Below, one piece after another: positions 12,047 through 23,354 of a stretch of 64,000 nt of DNA. The first letter of the stretch is position 1; each line of letters opens with the position of its first letter. The DNA is from Takakia lepidozioides (Eukaryota > Plantae > Bryophyta), in the NCBI GenBank assembly GCA_030704615.1, contig CM060733.1, positions 44,020,001-44,084,000 on the forward strand. Reading direction: 5' to 3'. The notes under the pieces were generated by a model. The model was not told the origin of the DNA, did not search any database, and saw nothing but the letters and a program-made list of their open reading frames with translations. The position numbers and the translations under genes are program-made.

Positions 12047-13433
12047 GTCTTCCGACATAATTCTGGCCAATGCCATCTTATGGGCGGCTTGGAGCTGTAT
12101 CTGTTTGGGTTTGGCACCCGGTCTCAACTTAACCTCCTCCTGAATGAGCTGCTCTGCCTCATGGGCAGCCTCCCGCGAGTTCCCTGTCGCGCACCTCACT
12201 TCGGTAAGCTCCCCTTCAAGTCATAGTTACTCGATTTGATGCGCGCGCCTGACTCCCAACCTGGCCGCCGGGCCAACTTGGAGCTTCGGCTGCTCACCGG
12301 GACATAACGGTCCCCCTTCGCTGCCCACTAAACCCTCCACCTATTTGGGCCTAGTGGAATTCCCTTTGGTAGATGGCAGTCCGGAATAGCTCCCCACTCT
12401 TTGGTCGCTTTCCGGCTCGCTCGCTTACTCACTAGTTTTTGGTCACCAACGGGCTTGCACCGTTCTCGGGGTCACTACTCCCCTTATATATACTTCTGTA
12501 GCTGTCCGCGGGGGTTTCACAACCAGCCATGCCATTTTATGGCGAACCACCACGAAAACCCTCGACTCCCGGTTATGAGTCGCGATGAGTCTTGGCCCAC
12601 TCACCACAGCCCCTATGGACCGTGATGAGTCCCAAGACTCCCCACGACTCCCACCACGAGGTCTCCGCCCCCATGGTGAGTCCTATGCCACCCCCACTAA
12701 GTCCCACTAAGCTACCACCACCCCTTGTGGAGCCACCCCCACCGCAACCCGGTGTGCGGGGCTCCACCTAGTGAGCGCCTCCGCCTCCTTGAGTGCCTTG
12801 GGCACTCAAGGGTGCTTCAGCCCCCCGTACCTATCGCTGCCGCTGCCCCCACCATAGGGGCAGCCCCTCATGTGTCCCGACCCCCCCCCTGCCCTCAAGG
12901 CAAAGGGCCGCGACATTCCCCCTCGCCAATTTGTGACAATGGGAACCAATGTGTATGCAAGCTCGGGTGAGGTCAGGGAAACGGTGCAACACATAGAACT
13001 GCTTGGCATTACAAATAGACATGCAGTGTGGTGGTTCTTTGCAATGCGCACACTTAAATGTGGAGTTCAAAACCTTCTCCTGAGCGCGAAATGGTTGATG
13101 AGCTGTGCCTGTCCAATCGGTCTTGTTCCTGTGACCTCTGGATTTAAAATGGAAGCAAGTTGGGGAGAAACACCGCAACGCGCCCGCACAAACAACGTAG
13201 CGCACCCGCACACCATCGAGCATCTTCATGCTGGTGGTTTTGGTGACGCACCAAGGATGACCATCATGTTTTCTATCCATATCTGTCAACATTCCGGACG
13301 CCCTCGAGTAGTCCGTCCGAGGAGGGAACTCAAAGAAGATATTACCGTCGACGTCTGCGGGAAGGCATGTAACCGATTTAATTGCGAACTTGCTGTAGTC
13401 CAGCCCGGCCAGCTCCGAGCGGTGTCCCTCCAT
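12047..13433 (-). pseudogene. MULE transposase N-terminal Zn domain, split by a solo LTR and truncated
   Basis: Removing the LTR gives ...HIGSHCHKLARGN-SREAAHEAEQLIQEEVKLRPGAKPKQIQLQAAHKMALARIMSED, matching 49900-50080. Confidence 0.85.
12185..12915 (-). mobile_element. Solo LTR (731 bp) of the chromovirus at 36674
   Basis: Termini TGTCGCG...CGCGACA with 5-bp TSD TTCCC (12180-12184 and 12916-12920). Highly similar to 36674-37399. Confidence 0.95.
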
Positions 13434-13869
13434 GTGAAGCCCGACCTATCCGACAGAGACCATCCCCCGGATGGAAATTCGCCGCCGAATTTCCATCCGG
13501 GCCCCCTCAAAGGAAGTCCGGTCGGGTGGTGAGGCCCAAAACTGGACGATATAAAAACCTCCCAGGATGGAAAAACGGCGCCAAATTTCCGTCCGGGGCC
13601 GTTCGGATTTCCCGGGGGTTGCTATTCCATGAGCTCATGAGCGGCGAGCTCATGAGCTCATGAGCGGGCATGGCTCACCCATGAGCCGCAAAGTAACACA
13701 CTTCGAATTTCGGCAGATTTTTTTCGGGCCCAAAACTATAAAATAATCAAAAATCGAAGATTTCCGCGCTCATGCTGGAAGCACTCCGCTCATGAGGACC
13801 AGTGTACGCTCATGACTTGGAGCCCAGGCTCATGGACCGCTAGGCCAGGTCATAGAAAAACTGAATTCT

Positions 13870-14335
13870 GGGCAATAACGGCACCGAAATTATCCCAGAG
13901 GCAGAGACGCAAGGGGAATTAGGATCTGGGTTTGCAGACTCCGAAAACGCAATGGCGACCTATAACCGTGGATAGTACTGTTGCAGAAGTGCATGATGGT
14001 TGGGTATAACGGCGCCGTAATTGGGCACAGGAAAAGAAATAGCCGACTGAAGGCTCGGGAGTGAAGCCAACAACGGTGAAAGTAATTGGGCTCCACCAAC
14101 CAAATACCCAGAGTGCAGGCGATAACGGCGCCGAAATGGGCCCCGAAAACCAAATACTCGGTTGAAGCCACCGGAGTGCAACCGATAACGGCGCCGAAAT
14201 TGGGTCCAGAAACCAAATACCCGGCTGAAGGCTAGGGATTGCAACCAATAACGGCGCCGAAATTGACTTGCGGAAACAAAATTCTCGGCTGAAGCTTCCG
14301 CACTCCATCCAATAACGGCGCCAAAATTGGGCTCC
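13870..14335. repeat. Subterminal ~63-bp repeats with ATAACGGCGCCGAAAT core
   Basis: Core at about 13875, 14006, 14122, 14185, 14248 and 14312. Related motifs lie at 20700-20990 near the other end. Confidence 0.8.
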
Positions 14336-14448
14336 GGAGAGCAAATACCCGCCTTACGGTAAGGGAGGCCTTGCTCTCATTTTGCTCTTCACTCTTCTCT
14401 GTTGTGCCCATCTCCTCCCTGCTTTGAGTTTGTGCTATGTCGTGAGGC

Positions 14449-15000
14449 ATGTCGTGCCCGAATCACATCTATCGACGCCAGACGGGAGTCATTTTCCCGA
14501 AAGCACACGACATCATTGTTTTCCTGGATGTTTACAGGGACGATCCTCGACTTGTCCAGCTGAGAGCAATGGAGTTTCTTCCAGGATTGCACGATTCTCC
14601 TGGACCCCGGCTGGGGAGCAGGTGGTTCCTACGCATCATGGACCTGGACTTTCCGCATGAGTGGGAGCCGAACAGATCACGCACAGCGTTGCTGTATCGC
14701 TGGAATTGTTGCGAGTGGACGTATGATGAGTGCATAGGTGAAAACTTTACGCGTGGACGGACTGGCTCGGAAAGTGGGGACATTCTCTTCAGTTATGAGG
14801 ATGAGGAGGAGGGGAACACAGGGCCCACTGTGAAAATGTCCTTCTACCAAGGGGGAGCTATCGATAAACACGACATCCTCGTTAGTTTCAACCGGGCGAC
14901 AGAAACCACTGACATTCTGTTCAAATATAGGCACCCGGTCACTCAGGAGGTCCTTGAGAGGCCAGTTAGAGTTCCTTCTTCTTGGGCGAGGGGACCATAG
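14449..15000 (+). CDS. Hypothetical 183-aa protein carried inside the MULE
   Basis: Uninterrupted ATG-to-stop ORF with globular-looking composition; no family recognised. Confidence 0.45.
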   Translation: MSCPNHIYRRQTGVIFPKAHDIIVFLDVYRDDPRLVQLRAMEFLPGLHDSPGPRLGSRWFLRIMDLDFPHEWEPNRSRTALLYRWNCCEWTYDECIGENFTRGRTGSESGDILFSYEDEEEGNTGPTVKMSFYQGGAIDKHDILVSFNRATETTDILFKYRHPVTQEVLERPVRVPSSWARGP

Positions 15001-15682
15001 GTCTTGCATGCTAGAGTAGACATGTTTCGACTCGTCGACACTCATGGCACATACATTTTCATTCAGAAATCAAGCAGCTTCCCTGTGCCATATGGGGAAT
15101 ATACATGCTTGGATAATCTTCTGTTAAGGTTTTTTGCAATTCACTGCCAGTATGCTGGGACGTGTCCTTTGTCGTATGGATTGCTGTTTGCACAAGGTGC
15201 AGTATGCAAATGCTGGAATGTGCAGTAGGACCCTTCCCACTGGGACACAGAACTAGCAATCTTGTAAAGGCATCACATTTGCAGAACAGTAACAATGTAT
15301 TTGTAGCAAATTGGAGTCTTCTCATAAAGGTGGACAAAAACGCCAGGATGGGCTGCGAAATCACTACAAATTGAATGAAGAGCAGTAACAAGGAAGCACT
15401 ATGCAGTACATAGACCATAAACGGCGCTAAAATAGGCCTCAATGCCCGTTAATCTCCACACAATGTATGCTTTACTCGGATCCATTTGTAGACAACCAAA
15501 ATAAAAAAACATGCGCATGCCATTTATGGCCAAAAACCACATTCTCATGTATTGCGGCACCAAAATTCACATGTAGCCATGGCGATGCGGCACCACCAAG
15601 TGTATAATTCATCACAAAAAAATAGGGTGCAAGAAGATGAATGTAATATAATTGCCACTTTCTCCTTCCCGAATGTGGAATG

Positions 15683-16102
15683 TCAAGCAGTCCGACCAGT
15701 GTCCTGCCGTAGGGCCTTGTGCAGCTCGTTGAAACTCAGTGTTGGAGCATGGATGAAGACGTCCACTGCGGATATGCAACTCATGCGCTTCAGAAAAATG
15801 TAATAAAGGTGTTTGCAGGGGACGTATGCTGCATTCTTCGATTCCATAACAAGGAAGTCCTCACAGTTGCAAGCTGGGTACTGTGAAACCATGATTGTAT
15901 ACACGACACTGCGCGCAGCAGACCCGGCTGTTGACAACTGAAATATGCGCCCCATCCCGGGGTGAGGAACATCCCTGCAACCTTGCACTATGCAGGGCAT
16001 TGCAAGAGCGTTGGCCATCCTGGTGTCGTTCGCCTTTGTTGGTGGCCGCCGTCTTTTCAGTTTCCCCCACCGATGGGTGGGCCAAGCTGCGGGGTCACCC
16101 AC
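15683..16102 (-). pseudogene. SWIM-finger C-terminal remnant of MULE transposase
   Basis: PTHRWGK..RRRPP...YTIMVSQYPACNCEDF...YVPCKHLYYIF is homologous to 111-1115. The upstream DDE part is missing. Confidence 0.8.
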
Positions 16103-16469
16103 CGGTATGCGGGGCGAAGAGCTTCTCGTGGGAGGAGGATGACGACTGGGAATTGGATTTCGTGGAACGTATTTTAGCTTTCAGAGAATCAGGATGGAAG
16201 TACACGTTTACCCAAACACGGGAGTCCATGTTGAAGACGGGACCTCTCGGTACGCTCCGCAGCGAAGTCCTGCAATGAGAAGAGTGTGTCCTACCTAATA
16301 ACACAAATGATTTTCTAGAGGATTCCGTATCCAACAGGATGGGTGATCGGTGCACGTAAAGATGAAGGTATGTAACGTACGTTACAAAAACGAACGACAA
16401 CAGCAAGTTCACATCGGATATTTGGTGCCTGAATTGTAATGTACAACCACTTGGGCTACAATAAATCAG

Positions 16470-18290
16470 GCCTTCCCATGAATTTCGGCACTGAAATCTG
16501 GATGAACATCTCTGTCATGTAACAGCTTTGGAAGCCAGGGGATGAATTCCGGCGACAGAAATAGTAATTTGTTCACCTCATGAAACTGACCAAGCACCCA
16601 ACGGATGGATTTCGGTGCCGAAATTCGGATGAACATCTTCTTCATCAAATTGTTTCTGCACATGAGGGTTGAATTTGGATGCCAAAATACGGATGAATGT
16701 GTTCCTGATTACAGTCGTGATTCACCACGTGTCCGGATATCGGTGCCGACATCCGAATGACAGTAATCCTGAATCGGCAAAATGGATGTATTTCGGTGCC
16801 GAAATTCATTCTTCGTCTCCTTTTCCGACCCTAATTCTGCTGCCCTGCGGATGGATTTCAGTGCCAAAATTCATCTGAAGTTTTTTTTTTTTTTTTTTTT
16901 TTCTTTGCGACAGATGAACTTCGGCGCCGAATCTCATCCAAGTACTCCCTTCTAATTTTCCTTTTTCTTCGCGAGCAATGAATTTCGGCGCCGAAATTCA
17001 TCCGAAGTCCTCCCGAATTATTTTTTTTCTCCGCGAGCAATGAATTTTGGTGCCGAAATTCATCCAAAGTCCTCCCGAAAAAAAATAAATTCTTCGCGAG
17101 CAATGAATTTCGGCGCCCAAATTCATCCGAAGTCCTCCCGAATTTTTTTTTTTTCTTCGCGAGCAATGAATTTCGGCGCCAAAACTCATCCGAAGTCCTC
17201 TCGAATTTTTTTTTTTCTTCGGGAGCAATGAATTTCGGCGCCGAAATTCATCCGAAGTCCTCCCGATTTTATTTTTTTCCTTCGCGAGCATTGAATTTCG
17301 GCGCTGAAATTCATCTGAAGTCCTCCCGAATTTTATTTTTTTTCTTCGCAAGCAATGAATGTCGGCGCCGAAATTCAACCGACTCCATCCCTTCAAATTC
17401 TTTTCAGGGTTTGAGCGCTGGATTTCGGCACCGAAATTCATCCAATGCCCTCCCTCCAATATTTATTTTTCTTTGAAATGGATGAATTTCGGCGCCGAAA
17501 TTCGTCCAAACCCGACACTTACTATTTGCTTCTAGATGATATAATTTTCGGTAAATCGTTGGAAATACCCCGTTCCGACGAAGATAACAGGAATATTCTG
17601 CATTTAATGGAGAAATCGGCATATTGAACCCCTTCTGTCAAAATTAATTGCATTTTAGCCGTTTTTTTCATTTGAAACCGACAATATCCATTAAGTGGTC
17701 TTTCTCGCACGGGACGTTGCCGCACATAAAGTATAATTTCGGCGCCGAAATTATAGTTAAATGTCCAGAAATGGCAAGTCCAACAGGCATGGACAGCATC
17801 CGTCAGGGGCAATGATGGCGGCAAAGCATAGCATGGTGCCGATTTAGTCTTCGCTCTGGATGAATTTCGGCGCCGAAATATGGATGATTTCACCTCGTCT
17901 ACGCGCGGACGGAGATATTCGTAATGTATTTCGGCGCCGAAATATGGATGAAATGTGCCCAAGTGCAGCCGTTTCCATTGTCCCGGAATTAATTCCGGCT
18001 CCGATATCCCACTGACAGGTTTGTTCATGACGAATGAGGACTTGGGAAGCGATGAATTGCGGCGCCGAAATTTGTAAGTTTGTGTACGAAAGCACTTGAA
18101 TAGGATGAATTTCGGCGCCGAAATTCATCCGTCCGCTATGAAACGTACCGATCTGACTGTTGAATGTCATAGGCAGGGGATTTTCATGGCGGTTGGGTTT
18201 CATGATGTGCGGATATTTCATTCAATGTCGGCTGCTCCGGGAACAGCATCCGGTGAACGGAAGGTATTTCGGTGCCGCAATTCGGATAAA
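16470..18290. repeat. Palindrome array GGATGAATTTCGGCGCCGAAATTCATCC; ~62-bp tandem core at 16970-17390 with poly-T linkers
   Basis: A perfect 28-bp palindrome is at ~18103-18130, with more than 20 variants across the region. Confidence 0.92.
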
Positions 18291-18790
18291 CCGTCTTGTA
18301 CTGGTGGCTGGAACTGGCACGCGTCGTGTTCCAGTCGACTTCATCTGTGCGAACGTGTCAGGGGTCACAATCTCTTCATCACCCATACGGCAGAAAGTGG
18401 TGGACGGTGGCAACGCTTCGGGAGACGTGGCTGCTTACACATCTGCTCGTGCATAGTGGTTGCATGTTCCACCGCGCTCTCTCGCTCCTTGCCCTTCTGC
18501 AGTGACATTCTCCTGCGTTTCCTCTCCTTATGCGGCATAGTGGTAGCATAGAGTTTGTGGAAGGTCAGGCGACTCCGGCAAAGAGAAGAATGACGCGGGA
18601 TTTTGGGAAGCCGCCGACGACACGACTTAAGCTCCGTCTCATGCATGAAATGCAGACCTCGTTATTTGGAGACTCGGATCGCCCACCAGTGACAGATTCG
18701 TGCTTTGCGGATGTGAAGCACTCCATACGCAATATTCCTTTTACACCTTTTTTTTGCGTGTAGTGTCTCATGTTTTCCTGTTTGTTTGAC

Positions 18791-20457
18791 ATGGGAGCTG
18801 GGGAGGGATCGCAGGGAGGCGAAGCAACACAGTCAACTTTGGATACTCCTGCCCGGGTGCTGCGCTCGCAAGGTGGAAGTGCATCAAGGCAGGTGAGTCC
18901 TCATTCAACACCTCAGATATCGCCTCAGAAAAGCCCACCTAGAGTTCGGAAGTCGAGGAAGCAGAAGGAGCCCATGGCTTCGCCAGTAAAACCCCTAGGG
19001 AGACTGGAAGCGGAGATATTGGGTTTGTAGTCAATTTCAAAAAACACGGATGCGGTGGAGGCCGCTGGAGATGTGGGAGTTGGATCTGCAGAAGGGCGGC
19101 CCATTGAGCTGACAGAAGGAGAGGACGACAACGTGGTACGACTTGGCGACGATCAGAACCTGCTGGAGCTTGCGGAGGAGCAAAACCTCCAGGACATTTC
19201 CTTCTCTGCAGACTCTTATCTTTCAGGCATTTTGCTTCGTGAAGAAACATTAGAAATTCAAATTACGTGAAACAGGAAGACTTGTTGATTCCACAGTTGA
19301 TTCCACAGTTGATCCACTGGAGTATAACGTCCTGTTCAACCATGTGGGAGAGAAGGACATTCTTTGTGATTTGTCGGGCAAGCCATGGACGTATGGCAGG
19401 ACCAGGAGTCCTGCATTCATCCCAGACGCTCATGGAAACATGTACGGATGTTGAAGGCAGGGTCCTCAACATCACTGCAAATACAGGTGAGAACGTTAAT
19501 TGAATGCGGCACCAAAATTGATACCATTTCCGTTTGTGTATGTTTGCTTGTGCGAGGAAGCGACTCATTCTTGAGTTTGGTTGTGGTTGTGTCGTATGAA
19601 TTTGCAGGTGCCTGTATGTGGGCGGGAAGGATGTCGAACCGATTTGTGTTCTCATTTGAGGGGGATACGGCCTTGTACGATTACAATTTGGCGGGCCTTC
19701 AGTGTTTGCCTCCGACTGAGGATCCCAAAAACGCAGAAGATGACGTGGAAGGGGAGGAGGAAGATGAAGAGGAGGAAGTCCAGGAAATTCGTTCGATGCA
19801 GGGGCGCCCGAAGCCGCTTCCCCCAATACCTGTCGTCGAGTGAGTTGCACCATAGTAAGTGTATTGGTTTCGGTTGTAGGGACCATGCAACCTGCCGATG
19901 ATTCCCTGTTTGAATTCTCTAATGTACTTCATTCTATGTTTGTGCGTACACTCAGCCTTGCAGAGTCGTCCGACGAGGAGAAGCTGGGAGACTTGCCCGA
20001 ATCGGACCCTGTTGCAGAGGAGGAGACAGAATCGCATCGGTCATTCTTTGCCAGAAAATCGTTTCTCGCGAGTCCCCAGAAGCCTTTTTTTCTACCAGCC
20101 TATGCAGACACGGCTGCCAGAGAAGCCATCAGGAGGGAGGATAGGCCTACTCGGTTAGAGCAATTGACATACGGGAATGAGCAGAGAATTATAATGAGGC
20201 GTGAGGCCAAACATAGAATTGTGAAAGGCAGAGTAGGGAAGTTCGTAATAGAATCCGCGTCCGAGAGCGAGGGGAATGTTGAGGACACTTCCGCACCCAG
20301 GTGGACAGTTCCGGCTGGTGAGGATGGTATTTTTGAGGGGAGGGCTTCTCAGAGTAACAGCGGTAGCGGCAGTGCAGGTTCGGAGGCAGGTGGAAGGCAG
20401 CCATCCTTGCATGAGGCCGGGGATGCATCGGACAGTGATAGCGGATCCTCACCATAG
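18791..20457 (+). pseudogene. Internally deleted cargo gene: acidic N-terminus joined to MTase-like C-terminal exons
   Basis: RSPAFIP.LMETCTDVEGRVLNITANT|G-ACMWAGRMSNRFVFSFEGD (intron 19487-19607). C-terminal RWTVPAGEDGIFE is shared with copy 2. ParB and DIPDG are absent. Confidence 0.75.
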
Positions 20458-21261
20458 CAAAGTCTCATTTGGATCCTTTTGTTGTACAGTTCTGAAACAC
20501 TTAATGAAAATATTGACGATTTGAAAAATCATTGTGTTCAGACTGCTTGTCCGATTCCCTACATTTCTTCTGCCAACCAAAATGTATAATAAAAGCAGAA
20601 GAGACGCAAACTTCAGTGAAGAACCCTACAAGTAATTTATGCACACCATCGAGCCGAGAACTTGAAGCCATGAAAACCCTGCCGTTTCTAACATTCCTAT
20701 TGGGAAATTTGGCGCCGAAATAGCCCAATGCGCGCCTTCGTTATATGGGCCTCAAAAATTCCACGGATGAATTACTGTACCAAAATATCGCGATGGAAGC
20801 CTTCAGCACAAGGCACTTCAGCACATTCCACTTGGGTATTTCGGCGCCCAAATAGCCCGTTCTGCGCCATTAAATACCGCACTATATCACATTTTAAGAG
20901 GTAATTTCGGTGCCGAAATACCCCGGTGGATGTCTTCAAAACATCATTTTAGCACACTGCTCTTGGGAATAACGGCGCCGAAATACCTCATTCCGCATCC
21001 TGGACCAGGAGAAACAGACCCTATTACCGAGGTAAGAGGACATAACACCGTCAATAAAGGCAGGAAAATTCCAATTCCGCGGATGTCCGCTCATGAGCTC
21101 ATAGGCTCATGGGCTCATGGGCTCATGCGCTCATGAAATAGTAAACCTCGGATTTCCCTCTAGCAGTCAAGGATTCCATGAAAAACGTGTCTAAAAGTGG
21201 ACTTCAGCCACAAAACTAACAGTTTAGTTTGTTTTTCTCCGAAAAACCAAGCGGCCACGCT

Positions 21262-22290
21262 CAGAATTACCTGCAGGAAGGTAATTCGGCGCTTCGACTT
21301 ACCTGGCGAATGGAAATTCGGCACCGAATTTCCATCCGCCAGCGATCCGAGTTACCTGCTGGATGGAAATTCGGCGCCGGATTTCCATCCATCCGGGCTT
21401 CGAATTACCTGCAGGAAGGTAATTCGGCGCTTCGACTTACCTGGCGAATGGAAATTCGGCACCGAATTTCCATCCGCCAGCGATCCGAGTTACCTGCTGG
21501 ATGGAAATTCGGCGCCGGATTTCCATCCATCCGGGCTTCGAATTACCTGCAGGATGGAAATTCGGCGCCGAATTTCCATCCTGATCCGCTCCGAATTACC
21601 TGCATGACGGAAATTTTGCGCGCCGCCCTACCTGCCGGATGGAAATTTGGCGCCGAATTTCCATCCATCCGCTCTCCGACCAACCTGGTGGATGGAAATC
21701 CGGCGCCGGATTTCCATCCATCCGGCCTGCGTGGCGGAAATTTCGCGCGCCGCCCTACCTGGCAGGATAGAAATCCAGCGCCGAATTTCCATCCAACCGC
21801 TCTCCGACCAACCTGGCGGATGGAAATCCGGCGCCGGATTTCCATCCATCCGCTCCGAATTACCTGCGTGGCGGAAATTTCGTGTGCCGCCCTACCTGAC
21901 AGGATGGAAATCCGGCGCCGGATTTCCATCCATCCGGCTCCGAATTACCTGCGTGGCAGAAATTTCGCGCGCCGCCCTACCTGACAGGATGGAAATCCGG
22001 CGCCGGATTTCCATCCATCCGGCTCCGGATTACCTGCGTGGCAGAAATTTCGCGCGCCGCCCTACTTGGCAGGATGGAAATTCGGCGCTGAATTTCCATC
22101 CTGCTGCGCTCTGAATTACCTGCATGACAGAAATTTTGCGCGCTGCCGTACCTGGCGGATGGAAATCCGGCGCCGGATTTCCATCCATCCGCGCTCCGAA
22201 TTACCTGCAGGATGGAAATCCGTTGCCGAAATTCTATTCTGCTGCGCTCCGAATTACCTCTATGTTAGAAATTCCGGGCCGAGTTGCGTC
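21262..22290. repeat. Palindrome array B: GGATGGAAATTCGGCGCCGAATTTCCATCC with GAATTACCTGC linkers
   Basis: A perfect 34-bp palindrome is at 21550-21583; about 15-20 full and half units, including exact higher-order duplications. Confidence 0.93.
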
Positions 22291-23354
22291 ATATTTCATC
22301 CGACAGGGAGGGCTTCATCCGACATTTAATTGCGTAGTTGGGCATTAAATGTCCACCGCCGTCCGTTTTTATTCGGGCTGGCAACACATGGCTTCCTCGA
22401 TACGTACCCTAAATCTGATGCTAATCTTGGATTAACTTCTATTCGAGGCATGTACCCCAAAAAACTGAGATCTTTTTCCATTTTGGCTGGGACTTATGTC
22501 GCCTGAAGGGCATGGCTCTCCTGAGAGAGACCTCACATCCAGACCGCGGCGGAAGTTGAAAGCTTTGTACTACGGACGACGGCCAATCTCTCGCATGGCC
22601 AAACTTAAGCTCTAGCAGGAGATTCCAGTGTCTTGCTCACAACCCGCGCCAACTGAAGCCGAGTACTCTCAGGCAAGCCACTTCTGCTTTCGCTTTGTTT
22701 TTACATCTTCATCCTGGCATCGGTGGAAGCGTATGGCTGCATCGCAAAAGCAGCAGCTGTTGCGAAGAATGATCAAGGTCTGAATGGTTAAAAATTAAGG
22801 AAATCCATGCTGAGCTGAGAAGATGAAGTGCCTTCAAAACATTTCACCCTGTTTTCCCGTCTTATGGAATTCCTGATCATTTGTTCATCGTGTTTTATAT
22901 TACCGGTTGAGTGAACCTTAGATAGTTTGCAATGCGTGTGCAAAGCCGGCAGCTCTGGAGAAGGCTGCTTGTGCATGTCATTCTTAGGCATTGGTTGGAT
23001 TTGTTTTCATTGTTGTTCCATGGCACTCCATACTTCCTAAACTTGTTTTGTTTTCATTGTTGTTCCACGATTGTTGCTATGGTGGTTGCGCTGCTCGTTG
23101 CGATGCTGGTTTTGGCACCGATGTTGGTTCTGACGATTTTGGGAATGACAGAGTGACGACGAGCCCGGCACGCTGGTGGTATCATCGACCGCTCCAACTC
23201 ATCGCATGTTTGAATCGCCCAACTTGGGGCGAGAGGGCAAACTTCAACCTTTTGTTGGTGGACGGGAGGACCTGCAGCGAGAGTACGACAGAATAGGCAT
23301 TGGGGAGGTTGGTGCAGACGGCATGGCAGGTGAAGGGCGTGAGGACATGAGGAC

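Larger units (their letters stand above)
13614..21149. mobile_element. Complete non-autonomous MULE, 7536 bp
   Basis: 9-bp TSD GGATTTCCC (13605-13613 and 21150-21158). TIRs GGGGGTTGCTATTCCATGAGC / GCTCATGAAATAGTAAACCTC with subterminal CATGAGC/GCTCATG repeats. Confidence 0.93.

Noticed and set aside
21197-22348. Long ORFs on both strands in palindrome arrays (also 13.9-14.3, 16.9-18.2, 26.1-26.4 and 32.1-34.0 kb)
   Set aside because: They are translations of repeats (MEIRRRISI / GWKFGAEFPS); palindromy makes both strands read alike.
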